Positions 46,646 through 57,842 of a DNA stretch of 64,000 nucleotides are shown piece after piece. Location of the stretch: the NCBI GenBank assembly GCA_017505635.1, contig JAFVOU010000022.1, positions 37,915 through 101,914 of the forward strand. The letters run 5' to 3'. This stretch comes from Oscillospiraceae bacterium. GTDB lineage: Bacteria; Bacillota; Clostridia; Oscillospirales; Ruminococcaceae. The notes beneath the pieces are model-generated. The model made no database searches, was not told the DNA's origin, and saw only the letters and a program-made list of their open reading frames with translations. The position numbers were made by a program, and so were the translations under genes. Every line of letters starts with the position of its first letter. Position 1 is the stretch's first letter.

Positions 46646-49027
46646 ATGAAAATAAAAAAATATCTATCAGTTTTAATTGCTGTAACATTTATCTTCTGCC
46701 TGTGTGCAGTCACCGCCAGCGCAGCCAAGCTGACCGCTCCTGTGGTAACTATTTCCTGCGCAGAAAAAACAGGCAAACCTACACTTAAATGGGAAGCTGT
46801 TGAAGGCGCAACAAAATATCAGATATGGCGCTCCAAAACAGGCAAAGTCGGCAGCTTTGCACTTATCAACACAGTTACAGGCACAAGCACAACCAACAAC
46901 AATGCTGTAGCCGGCACAAAATACTTCTACAAAGTTAAAGCTGTAAATGCAAACAGCAGTGTCTTTTCACAGCCTGTAAGTATTGTATGCGACCTTCCAA
47001 GCCCGGAAAATCTTACCATTACAAATGACGCCGCAACAGGCAAGCCAAAACTTACCTGGAACAAGGTGGAAGGTGCGGTAAAATATCAGATTTACCGTTC
47101 CAAAACAGGCAAGGACGGCTCCTTCAGCCTTATTAACACAATCACAGGTACAAATACCATCAACAAAAATGCTGTTGCCGGTACAAATTACTACTACAAA
47201 GTTAAAGCTGTGCACACAAACACAAATGCAAACAGCGCATTTTCCGCAAAGGTAAGCTGTGTATGTGATCTTGCACGTCCTGCAAACCTGACTGTTTCAA
47301 ACGATGATGCAACAGGAAAACCTGTTATAAAATGGGACGCTGTTGACGGTGCTGCAAAATATCAGGTTTACCGTTCCAAAACAGGCAAGGACGGCAGCTT
47401 TGCACTTATCTCCACAACAACAGCAAAAAGTCTTATCAACAAAAATGCTGTGGCAGGCACAAATTATTACTACAAAGTTAAAGCTGTACACACAAATGCA
47501 AATGCAAACAGCGCATTCTCCTCTTCTGCAACCTGTCTGTGCAAACTTGCAAAACCTGAAATCATCTCCGTAACAAACGATGCATCAGGCAAACCTGTTA
47601 TAAAATGGAATGCTGTTGAAGGTGCAGTTAAATATCAGATTTACCGTTCCAAAACAGGCAAAGACGGTTCCTTCAGCCTTATCAATACAGTTACAGGCAC
47701 ATGCACAACCAACAACAATGCCGTTGACGGACAGACCTATTACTACAAAATCAGAGCCGTACATACAAACACAGATGCAAACAGCGTTTTCTCTGATGTA
47801 AAAGTACGTTCAGGCAAACTTTCCGCACCTGTAATCTCCATCCAGGCAAACAGCGACGGAAACCCATATATCACTTGGAATGCCATTGACGGTGCAGCAG
47901 GTTACGAAATCTACCGTGCAGTAAACGAAAACGGTCTTTACCGCAAAATATTCACAGCACAGGGCGCATCATTCACAAACAGTAATTTGTGCAATGGCGC
48001 AACATATTATTACAGAGTAGTAGCCGTTTCAGAAAATACAGACTTAAACTCTGAATTTTCCAACACTGTAACCTTTATTGCCGGCGGCAGACCCAAAGCT
48101 TTCCGTGCAATGTATGTTACACAGCTGCTGATAAAAGCTTACGAAGAACCTGTAACCGACTACAACACAATAACAATTCCATATATGTACGAAGTGTATG
48201 TAGGACCAAACATCTCCGAATCTGCAGACGGTGTGTGGACACAGATCAGATACAATGAAAAAATCTATTACACATGGATTGCAGCAGGCGATACAAAATT
48301 TACTGACACGCAGAGCAACTTTGACTACACACGTTCTGACTACACCGAAATTCAGAACAAAATCCTTGCCTCTGCAGTACCTTGGAAAGACCAGCCAACA
48401 TACTATGCTCATGGTCAGTCCAATGGTGTTATCGACCCTGCAACAGGCAAATACGGTTTTGACTGTTCCGGCTTTGTAAGATACATTATCGCAAATGTTA
48501 TGCAGCAGTACAATCCGTCCTACTTCATCTCCTCCAACATCGTTGACCTTTACAACCACAAAACACTCTACAATAAAGGCTTCAAACATCAGTTTGACGT
48601 TATTGATGTAGACAAAGAAGACCTGCAGCCGGGCGATGTTATATTCTTCAAGCTTGACCCGACAGACTCAAGACCTGTAACCCACTGTGTGCTTTATCTG
48701 GGCAACAACGAGTACATTCACTCCACAGATACCACAGACGGTGTTTATATTGCCCCTCTCACACAGGAACGTATCGACAACATCGTTGCTATCAAACGTT
48801 ATTTCCCTGAAGCAGTAAAACCTGCAAACCAGACTCTTGTAAACACAGAAGGCCGCACACTCGGTCTCTTTGCCGAAGCAAGCACAGATTCCGAAAGAAT
48901 CGGTGACATTCCACGCGACAGCACAGTAACTTTGCTCTATACAAACTACTTTGAAAACTGGGGCTATGTACAGACTGATGACGGTGTAAAAGGCTATGTG
49001 CTTCTGAAATACTTCGCTATTGCATAA
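46646..49027 (+). CDS. cell-wall hydrolase paralog: signal peptide + 5 FN3-like repeats + NlpC/P60 + SH3b
   Basis: It has the same architecture as 44075-46459, with FDCSGF, HCVLYLG and NWGYVQTDDGVKGYV. Repeats 2-4 are very similar to one another. Confidence 0.85.
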   Translation: MKIKKYLSVLIAVTFIFCLCAVTASAAKLTAPVVTISCAEKTGKPTLKWEAVEGATKYQIWRSKTGKVGSFALINTVTGTSTTNNNAVAGTKYFYKVKAVNANSSVFSQPVSIVCDLPSPENLTITNDAATGKPKLTWNKVEGAVKYQIYRSKTGKDGSFSLINTITGTNTINKNAVAGTNYYYKVKAVHTNTNANSAFSAKVSCVCDLARPANLTVSNDDATGKPVIKWDAVDGAAKYQVYRSKTGKDGSFALISTTTAKSLINKNAVAGTNYYYKVKAVHTNANANSAFSSSATCLCKLAKPEIISVTNDASGKPVIKWNAVEGAVKYQIYRSKTGKDGSFSLINTVTGTCTTNNNAVDGQTYYYKIRAVHTNTDANSVFSDVKVRSGKLSAPVISIQANSDGNPYITWNAIDGAAGYEIYRAVNENGLYRKIFTAQGASFTNSNLCNGATYYYRVVAVSENTDLNSEFSNTVTFIAGGRPKAFRAMYVTQLLIKAYEEPVTDYNTITIPYMYEVYVGPNISESADGVWTQIRYNEKIYYTWIAAGDTKFTDTQSNFDYTRSDYTEIQNKILASAVPWKDQPTYYAHGQSNGVIDPATGKYGFDCSGFVRYIIANVMQQYNPSYFISSNIVDLYNHKTLYNKGFKHQFDVIDVDKEDLQPGDVIFFKLDPTDSRPVTHCVLYLGNNEYIHSTDTTDGVYIAPLTQERIDNIVAIKRYFPEAVKPANQTLVNTEGRTLGLFAEASTDSERIGDIPRDSTVTLLYTNYFENWGYVQTDDGVKGYVLLKYFAIA
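46727..48080 (+). repeat. five tandem ~90-codon FN3-like repeats (coding)
   Basis: K(Y)QIYRSKTGKDGSF...NYYYKVKAVHTN recurs nearly verbatim in repeats 2-4. The boundaries are approximate. Confidence 0.7.
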
Positions 49028-49040
49028 CAGCATTACAACA

Positions 49041-49072
49041 AAAACCACCAACCATACAGTTGGTGGTTTTTT
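49041..49072 (+). terminator. rho-independent terminator
   Basis: The stem AACCACCAA...TTGGTGGTT is followed by TTTT after the stop at 49027. Confidence 0.75.
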
Positions 49073-49170
49073 ATTGCCCTTCACACAAAAAGCTCCCGCT
49101 TAGGCGGGTGTCCGTAAAACAGCAAAAATTAAAAGTCCCGATTTTCGGGGAGAGTACGGCGTGACTTCGG

Positions 49171-51241
<2,071 letters not shown>

Positions 51242-52260
51242 TCATTTCCTCCTTCGTGTATTGTCTGCAACTTCCACCCCAATTGGTTGGAAGAAAAACA
51301 AAAAAGCTGTCACACAGAGCATCAAGAAATAAGCACAAGAGCGCCTGCACTTTTCTGATGATTCTATGTAACAGCCAACGTGAAGAAGGACTCGTCCTTT
51401 CACAAATATGTCGGACTTCAAATCGGGTAATCCCGCAAAACTATAAATCTCTTTTTGAACCGCTTATTCAATTTTCTGTGATTATTATAATTTACGCATG
51501 AAGAAATTACAAGTATGTCGAGCTGTGTGAATACTCAACTTCGACGCAACTTGCGTCGAAGTGGTTTTCAAAAATATGACTTCGGTCTGTGATCAAGTTA
51601 TTCAAAATTGAAATTTCGAAAACGTTCAGAATGAACGAGCAGCCATCATCGCAAGATGATGTTCGAAGGGGATTGGGGATGTTGCCCCAACAAGCGAATG
51701 AGCAAAAGTAGTAAACAGGGCCCTGTTTACACTGCTTGCGAATTTGTGAACCTGTACAGGTTTACACTGCTTGCCAATTTGTGAAAGGTCAAAATATCGC
51801 CCTAAGCCATTTCTGGTTTAGATTAAATTCGTTGTCTAACTTGTGGCCGATTTGTCCACAAGTAGAAAGTTTCTTTTTGCTTTTTTGAACTTGTACTCGA
51901 CTTGGATATAACTGATTTTGAAAAATCCTTCGATCAGTCTTATTCCCGATTTTGGAATAAGTGAAATATCAGTTGCTACACCTCTTGCCAAATTGGCGAG
52001 AAGTTATTTTTATTTCCGACGAGTTGTCTGGGATTTCACTTTCCGACAATTCGTCGGGAAGTTGTGGTGTAACTTCAGACCAACTTGGTCCGAAGTGGTA
52101 TGTCGAAATACAGATTGGCAAGCAGTGGAAAGTGGTACCACTTTCCGATTTTTGAAAATCCCCTCCGGGACATTCTGCAAAAATGCTTGCAAGGGAAGCA
52201 TCCCTATAACCCTTTGAACAGTATCGTTGATACTGGCTACACGATTATCGTAATCGCTTC

Positions 52261-52298
52261 AAAAAAGGACTTCGTCCCAAATTGAGACGAAGTCCTTT
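52261..52298 (-). terminator. rho-independent terminator of the hsd operon
   Basis: On the minus strand the 13-bp stem AAAGGACTTCGTC...GACGAAGTCCTTT is followed by TTTTTT, 16 nt after the hsdR stop. Confidence 0.8.
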
Positions 52299-52313
52299 CG
52301 TATAATTACTATA

Positions 52314-55300
52314 TTACGCCACCCAGTTATAACCGGTCATCGCCTGATCAACGATATGATCAAACACCAGCGTACTCTTTCTCAAGAATATTTCTCTGTC
52401 GTAACTCTCTGGCAAAAACTTATTTAGGATATAGACAATCTCGCCCTTCACTCGTTCCTTCGGCTGCGGATCATTTTGCCATCCAACAATAAACAACTCA
52501 TTACGTTTTTCGGTAAGCGTGTTGTACAGTTCTTTAGCTGCCAGTTTTACACGCTTTTCCTCATCCGAAGTAAGATGTTCTTTTCTCAGAAGGTCAAACA
52601 ATTCCAACTCAGCTTCTGATAGCTCTTCCTTGATATGTCGTTCTTCCTCTGCACGAAGTTCTTCCATCAGCTTCAGAAGTTTTTCATAGAAATCATCATT
52701 TTGAGAGCCACCGGCATTGTACTCATCAATGATATTTCTGAAACGCTCTGCAAACTTTGTACGGGTTGTGTTGCGTCGCAGCATTTTCTGAAGCTTTTCT
52801 TCGATATGCTTACGAAGATTTACAATTTCAAGATTCTTGTTCTTCAGCTTTTTGAATTGAGATCTAAGTTCATCAATATCCAACTTGGACAGATCCAGTT
52901 CTTTTCCCGCTTCTGTAATGGTATATTTTCTCGCATCAGCGGCAGTAATAACGCTCTGATCTAACAGCTCATTGATTCTGGCTTGTGCTGCTTCGATCTT
53001 TTCCGGACGGATTTTGCCATCAATGATTCCCTTCAAATAGAGGATAGCATCTTTGTATGCAGGCTCAAAATCCATCTTGAAAATATCCGGTCGTAGGGAT
53101 TCGTACAGACCATCAACGGTATTTGCCATTACAGCAAACTCATTCTTCACATCGTCATTACCTACGATGGTATTTGCATAATCCTCAAACAGCGACAAAT
53201 TCTTGAATGTATCGCCGTCTTCAACAACCTTACTTAAATCTACGTCATGGCTCATACAGAATGTTTTGGTCAGGTCGATTGCTTCATGCAACTGCCCCAA
53301 AAGCTTTTCTACGTCTTTCACCGGCATTAAACCGCCATCATCAGACGCATAATCTGCCAGGGCACGTTTCAGATATTTGAACACATCCAGATAGTCGATG
53401 ATCAGACCACATTCCTTACCGTTATAGACACGGTTTGCACGGGCAATAGTCTGCATCAGGGTATGACCCTTCATCGGTTTGTCCAAATACAGGGTAGAAA
53501 CGGACGGTGCATCAAAACCTGTTAGCCACATAGCGCAGACAAAAACCAATTGCAACGGATTATTTGGGTCTTTGAAGTTATCTTCAATGTCAAAACCGTT
53601 TTCATCAACCTTGTTCATGCGGTCACGATGCGGTTTTATGGACAATCCTTCTGCTGCAAATTTAGCTTCTTCATCGGCATCTTCACTGATGACAACAGCC
53701 ATTTCCACTTTGCGCATATAATCTACCATATCTTTTAGGCGAAGTTTTTCAGCCTCACCCTTGGCTTTGGTTATCTGCGCATTTAACTTTTTAATTTCTT
53801 CTTTCCAGTAGTAGCTTACTTTATCGTACATCTTCACGGCAGTAAACTTGTCTACGGAAACAACCATGCCCTTTCCTCGGAAACCACGGCGAGGGAAATG
53901 GTAAACGATGTGCTGAGCAATGGCATCCAGACGGTCATCACGCTTGATGACTTCCAGTTCCTTTGCGTAGTGATTTTCCAATCGGCGCTGCTCTGCATCA
54001 GTCAGGTTTTCTTCTTCCAGAATTTCTGCAAAATCAGAATCAAGGAAATCGTTCTGCAACTCTACCTCCGGTACACGCTTCACATAGTAGAGTGGTACGG
54101 TAGCATTGTCTTTGATTGATTCTGCAAAATTGTATTCGCTGACATAATCACCGAACCACGCATTAGTCAGTCGCTTTGCGCCGAGCAGAGGTGTACCTGT
54201 AAATGCCAGGAACTGTGCATTAGGCAGGCCGGTGCGCATATTCTCAGCTAAATCCTTATACTGTGTGCGGTGCGCCTCATCAACGATAACGATGATGTCA
54301 TCACGCTCAGACAGGACAGGATATTTCTTTCCCTTGTCATATCTGAACTTATGAATCAGCGTAAACAGAATGGATTTATTGGTTTTCAGTTCTTCACGCA
54401 ACTGCTTACTGTTTGCAGGCTGTACCTTGTCCTTATCGGTAATAAATTCGGTACGCAAGAAATTCTTATAAATCTGTGTATCCAGATCTTCACGGTCTGT
54501 AACGATAAGAAATGTAAAGTTGCCCGTACATTTATGCTTGATCTTACGGGTGAGCATAACCATAGAATAACTCTTGCCACTACCCTGTGTATGCCAGAAT
54601 ACACCCAACTTGCCTTTCAATTCCTCACGACGCAGGAAAGCATTGTAAGCGTTATTTACACCAAAGAATTGGTGATTCTTTGCAATGATTTTTGTTCTGC
54701 GGCGGTCGTAAAGAATGAAGTTCTCTATGTAATCCAGCAGATTGTTCGGTTCGCAAAGACCGGCAATAAAATACTCCAAACTGGTGCAGTTCTCTCGGAT
54801 GGCTTTTCTGTCCGGGTTTTCTTTTTCGTTCTCCACCTTCAGCCATTCAAAGAAGAACTCATACCCAGCGGCAAAGCTACCCAGACGAGTTTCCATACCA
54901 TTAGACAGAACACAAATCTGGTTGTAGTTGAACAGATACGGAATGTCCTTCAGATAGTTCTTCAGGTTGATGTCATAGGCGTTCTTCACCGGAATATTGC
55001 TGTTTTTCAGTTCAATGAAAACCATAGGGAATCCATTGATGAAGATAATCAGATCCGGTCTGCGCCAATGGGTTTCACCCTTGATCCACATCTGAGAAGC
55101 AACCGTAAATGTGTTGCTCAAAGCATCATTATAGGACAACAGACGGAGGATGTTGGAGGTCTTCTTGCCGTTCATGTTGTATTCTACAGTTATACCGTTA
55201 CGGATCTTCTGATAGTTATGGTAATTGGTCAGCATTAGATCACCGGAAACTGGAGTACGACACAGCTCGTCCACCACAGTGCGAACAGTCTGTTCCGGAA

Positions 55301-55496
55301 TATCCGGATTGATCCTGCATAAGCTCTCAAACATCACATCGGGCAGAACAACCTGTTTCTTATCTTTACGTCCGGTTCCGTCAGGAAGTGTATCCGGTTC
55401 TTCTGTCATACAGTTCAGAACAATATAATCATGCCGCTCATGCAAAGCCTTGATGGCAGCCTGCTCTATCATATCTTCTGTTATGATTTTCGGCAT
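52314..55496 (-). CDS. hsdR: Type I restriction enzyme R subunit
   Basis: The 1060-aa product has an N-terminal nuclease region, helicase motifs (HTQGSGKS, IVIVDEAHRTQ, FTGTPL) and a C-terminal helical domain. Confidence 0.95.
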   Translation of the reverse strand: MPKIITEDMIEQAAIKALHERHDYIVLNCMTEEPDTLPDGTGRKDKKQVVLPDVMFESLCRINPDIPEQTVRTVVDELCRTPVSGDLMLTNYHNYQKIRNGITVEYNMNGKKTSNILRLLSYNDALSNTFTVASQMWIKGETHWRRPDLIIFINGFPMVFIELKNSNIPVKNAYDINLKNYLKDIPYLFNYNQICVLSNGMETRLGSFAAGYEFFFEWLKVENEKENPDRKAIRENCTSLEYFIAGLCEPNNLLDYIENFILYDRRRTKIIAKNHQFFGVNNAYNAFLRREELKGKLGVFWHTQGSGKSYSMVMLTRKIKHKCTGNFTFLIVTDREDLDTQIYKNFLRTEFITDKDKVQPANSKQLREELKTNKSILFTLIHKFRYDKGKKYPVLSERDDIIVIVDEAHRTQYKDLAENMRTGLPNAQFLAFTGTPLLGAKRLTNAWFGDYVSEYNFAESIKDNATVPLYYVKRVPEVELQNDFLDSDFAEILEEENLTDAEQRRLENHYAKELEVIKRDDRLDAIAQHIVYHFPRRGFRGKGMVVSVDKFTAVKMYDKVSYYWKEEIKKLNAQITKAKGEAEKLRLKDMVDYMRKVEMAVVISEDADEEAKFAAEGLSIKPHRDRMNKVDENGFDIEDNFKDPNNPLQLVFVCAMWLTGFDAPSVSTLYLDKPMKGHTLMQTIARANRVYNGKECGLIIDYLDVFKYLKRALADYASDDGGLMPVKDVEKLLGQLHEAIDLTKTFCMSHDVDLSKVVEDGDTFKNLSLFEDYANTIVGNDDVKNEFAVMANTVDGLYESLRPDIFKMDFEPAYKDAILYLKGIIDGKIRPEKIEAAQARINELLDQSVITAADARKYTITEAGKELDLSKLDIDELRSQFKKLKNKNLEIVNLRKHIEEKLQKMLRRNTTRTKFAERFRNIIDEYNAGGSQNDDFYEKLLKLMEELRAEEERHIKEELSEAELELFDLLRKEHLTSDEEKRVKLAAKELYNTLTEKRNELFIVGWQNDPQPKERVKGEIVYILNKFLPESYDREIFLRKSTLVFDHIVDQAMTGYNWVA

Positions 55497-55526
55497 AAAG
55501 TCACCTCCTTGTACTTAAAGGGCCAG

Positions 55527-56582
55527 TTATAGTCCCATAAAATTCAAAATATCCTTAAATTCAGTTTTGATATGTTCGGTAAGAGGAAGTCCCTTGGCAT
55601 CCTTTATAAACTCCATAAATTCAGGAAGATCTAATAGGATTTTCTGAACAATTCGTTTTTCCTTGATTTGATGAATTGCACGAGTAGGATCACCTAAAGC
55701 TTCAATCTGCTCTTGTAATTCTTTTTCTACCTTTGCCCAATATAAGCTGTATGTAGTCTGTCCTTCAAGAGAATATACTTTTGCCCCAATGGAAGGCAAA
55801 GATTGATCTTGATAGTATTGAATATCACCATCAGAGAGGACAATAAAAGCAAGCTTCTTTTGGAATTGGGAATCCTTGATTACTTCCAGCACTTCAAACA
55901 TACAGTTTCTGGATTTCAAATAGTGATCACTGATGATCATTATTACAAAATCATGCGTCTCAATAGTCTGCATGAATTTTTTGAAGCTTTCATGATACTC
56001 AACATCACGAATATCTCGTGAGATTCTTGCCTTTCCATTGATGTGTGGTGCAAGTCCACCCTCTATCATGTTCGCAATATCAGAATCTTTCTGACAATAG
56101 GACAAAAATAGTGTTTTCTCCTGTAATTCAGTAGTCACTTCAGATTCATTTTCTGGGCAGTCAAGCAAAGAGAGTTCCAGATAACTCTTGACCGCTGTTA
56201 CAAACGGCTCAACGGTTTTACGCATAAAAGCAGCAATCATATCTTTGAATTTTTTGCTACTGGAATAACCGTAAGCCAAGGCGTGTAATTGCTTCGGACC
56301 ATCCAAGATATATTGCAACAACTGGTATCCGTAGTCGATAATCGCTTCCTGAGAGTCGGGCAATGTCAGCATATCGTTCCAGGATTTGTTTTTATATATT
56401 TCTGCAAAGTCATAATTCTCTTTATGGCATTCAGAAATATACTCCATAATGAACGAAGTATTAGTAATGTAATCGAAGAAAATCTTGACACAATTGATTT
56501 CCTCCTGGGAATCTATCTTCAACATCTGAGAAGATAGCGTTCTATACTGCAATGAAATTTTTCTTAGCTCTTTCTTTGTCAC
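55527..56582 (-). CDS. TIR-domain protein with an uncharacterised helical N-terminal domain
   Basis: Residues ~166-290 read LFLSYCQKDSDIA...FVIMIISDHYLKSRNCMFEVLE. This matches the canonical TIR (F/V)xSYxxxD and SxxYxxSxxCxxE motifs. The GTG start overlaps the upstream stop (GTGA) and follows GGAGGGG. Confidence 0.75.
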   Translation of the reverse strand: MTKKELRKISLQYRTLSSQMLKIDSQEEINCVKIFFDYITNTSFIMEYISECHKENYDFAEIYKNKSWNDMLTLPDSQEAIIDYGYQLLQYILDGPKQLHALAYGYSSSKKFKDMIAAFMRKTVEPFVTAVKSYLELSLLDCPENESEVTTELQEKTLFLSYCQKDSDIANMIEGGLAPHINGKARISRDIRDVEYHESFKKFMQTIETHDFVIMIISDHYLKSRNCMFEVLEVIKDSQFQKKLAFIVLSDGDIQYYQDQSLPSIGAKVYSLEGQTTYSLYWAKVEKELQEQIEALGDPTRAIHQIKEKRIVQKILLDLPEFMEFIKDAKGLPLTEHIKTEFKDILNFMGL

Positions 56583-57034
56583 AGCTTAGCCCCTCCACAC
56601 AATGGACAATAAATGCCAATTTCCTTATCAAAATACTGTACTTTTACAGAAGAATCACAGCATTTCAGTTCAACAGTTTCATACTCATTAACGGGTTGAT
56701 ATAATTCTTTCTCCGGCTCCTTTTTAGGAATATCCATCGACATTTTCACGAAGCCATTCTTATTGAACTTCTTAATGGATTTCCCCAAAGTTCTCTCTAA
56801 TTCTGAATACATATAATTCAATGCAACCTGTTCCATCTTTTCCAGAACTTCCGTGCAATAAAATGTATCGGTTCCATTAGGGAGCCCACATACTGGACAA
56901 AAGAAGTGCAAATAGCTTTCATCTTGAAATGTATCTGCATGAAGCATAAAACGATTCTTGCAAAAATCGCATTCCATCTCCAAAAAACCATCTTTATCTA
57001 CAGGTATTCCAATTTCAAAAGTTTTTTCACTCAT
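56579..57034 (-). CDS. double zinc-ribbon protein
   Basis: It has CDFC...CPVCG near the N-terminus and CC...CPLCGG at the C-terminus, around a helical core. It is translationally coupled to the TIR gene. Confidence 0.65.
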   Translation of the reverse strand: MSEKTFEIGIPVDKDGFLEMECDFCKNRFMLHADTFQDESYLHFFCPVCGLPNGTDTFYCTEVLEKMEQVALNYMYSELERTLGKSIKKFNKNGFVKMSMDIPKKEPEKELYQPVNEYETVELKCCDSSVKVQYFDKEIGIYCPLCGGAKL

Positions 57035-57046
57035 TTTCTTTACCTC

Positions 57047-57823
57047 TTACGCCTCTGAACTCACCATGTGCGAGGGTTTGTACTCTATTGACTCGTATGT
57101 CATAGAATTGCAACGATAAACACAAACTCTTGGTAAAGACACAGGAGGTTCAATGTGTTGAAAATGTTTGTACGGCGTAAACCAGACAAAATAATCGATG
57201 TCAGAACCAATAAATACATCAAGAAAAGCTTTGTCAAAAAACCAAGCATGAGGTGTTCCTGCTTCGCCTTCATTGGAAAATACATTGGTCTCACGCTCAG
57301 CTTCAAAGTATGCTGATGATTCATCGTAAACGAAAAATATCAACTTACTTCCAGGATGGTTTTTTCGATACAATGAAATTCTTTGCTTATGATGCTCAAC
57401 AGTTCTCATAAAATTATCTCTGTAGTAACGATAATTATGATCTTCCAAGGTCGGTAAATCTGTTACGGCGTTAATTACAATGTGTTGGAGGTTTGGATAT
57501 GCATCCATAACTCCAAGGTCACGCAATTCTTTTTCCAATTTATGTTGTCGTTCATAATTGGGATTTCGCACCTTGCCTTTTTTCTTGAACCCGTGATCAT
57601 CCACACGCATTACTTCTAACATCAAGTGCTGTGTATCGTTATAAAAATCTGGTGGTGGAGCATCCTTGGATGATGCATCTGTCCACTCTTTCCACTCAGA
57701 TTCATCATATATAGAATTAAACACCTCTACAGTTTCCTTATCATCATTTACAAGAAATATTTCTTGCGGAAAAACAAGGCGAAGATCATCCAACAAATTT
57801 GCTTCTTTTTCTTCAAATAACAT
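57047..57823 (-). CDS. hypothetical 258-aa protein (function unknown; weak PD-(D/E)xK-like PPDF...LEVMR segment)
   Basis: It has a good RBS (GGAGGTG). It lies 19 nt after the hsdS stop and 12 nt before the zinc-ribbon gene. No confident family was recognised. Confidence 0.65.
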   Translation of the reverse strand: MLFEEKEANLLDDLRLVFPQEIFLVNDDKETVEVFNSIYDESEWKEWTDASSKDAPPPDFYNDTQHLMLEVMRVDDHGFKKKGKVRNPNYERQHKLEKELRDLGVMDAYPNLQHIVINAVTDLPTLEDHNYRYYRDNFMRTVEHHKQRISLYRKNHPGSKLIFFVYDESSAYFEAERETNVFSNEGEAGTPHAWFFDKAFLDVFIGSDIDYFVWFTPYKHFQHIEPPVSLPRVCVYRCNSMTYESIEYKPSHMVSSEA

Positions 57824-57842
57824 AGCTTCACCTCCAGAATTG

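Noticed and set aside
51725-51785. Possible CRISPR array
   Set aside because: There are only two 26-nt repeats, separated by 9 nt. There are no spacers of CRISPR length and no cas genes. They were interpreted as binding-site repeats instead.
51918-52217. ORFs of 60-99 aa (51256-51501, 51918-52217, 51961-52155, 52010-52201, 52085-52285) in the non-coding stretch of the element
   Set aside because: They overlap each other in several frames, have no RBS, and run through back-to-back perfect hairpins. This is more consistent with structured non-coding DNA or RNA.
51242-52260. A retron or group II intron in the hairpin-dense region
   Set aside because: No reverse transcriptase or maturase ORF occurs anywhere in the element, and no recognisable intron domain V/VI motif was seen by eye.
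55527-57823. Classifying the TIR cassette as Thoeris, CBASS, Pycsar or SPARTA
   Set aside because: None of the SIR2/SLOG/Macro (ThsA), cyclase, Cap or pAgo/APAZ partners could be recognised in the neighbouring ORFs. Assignment to a known system is not supported from sequence inspection alone.
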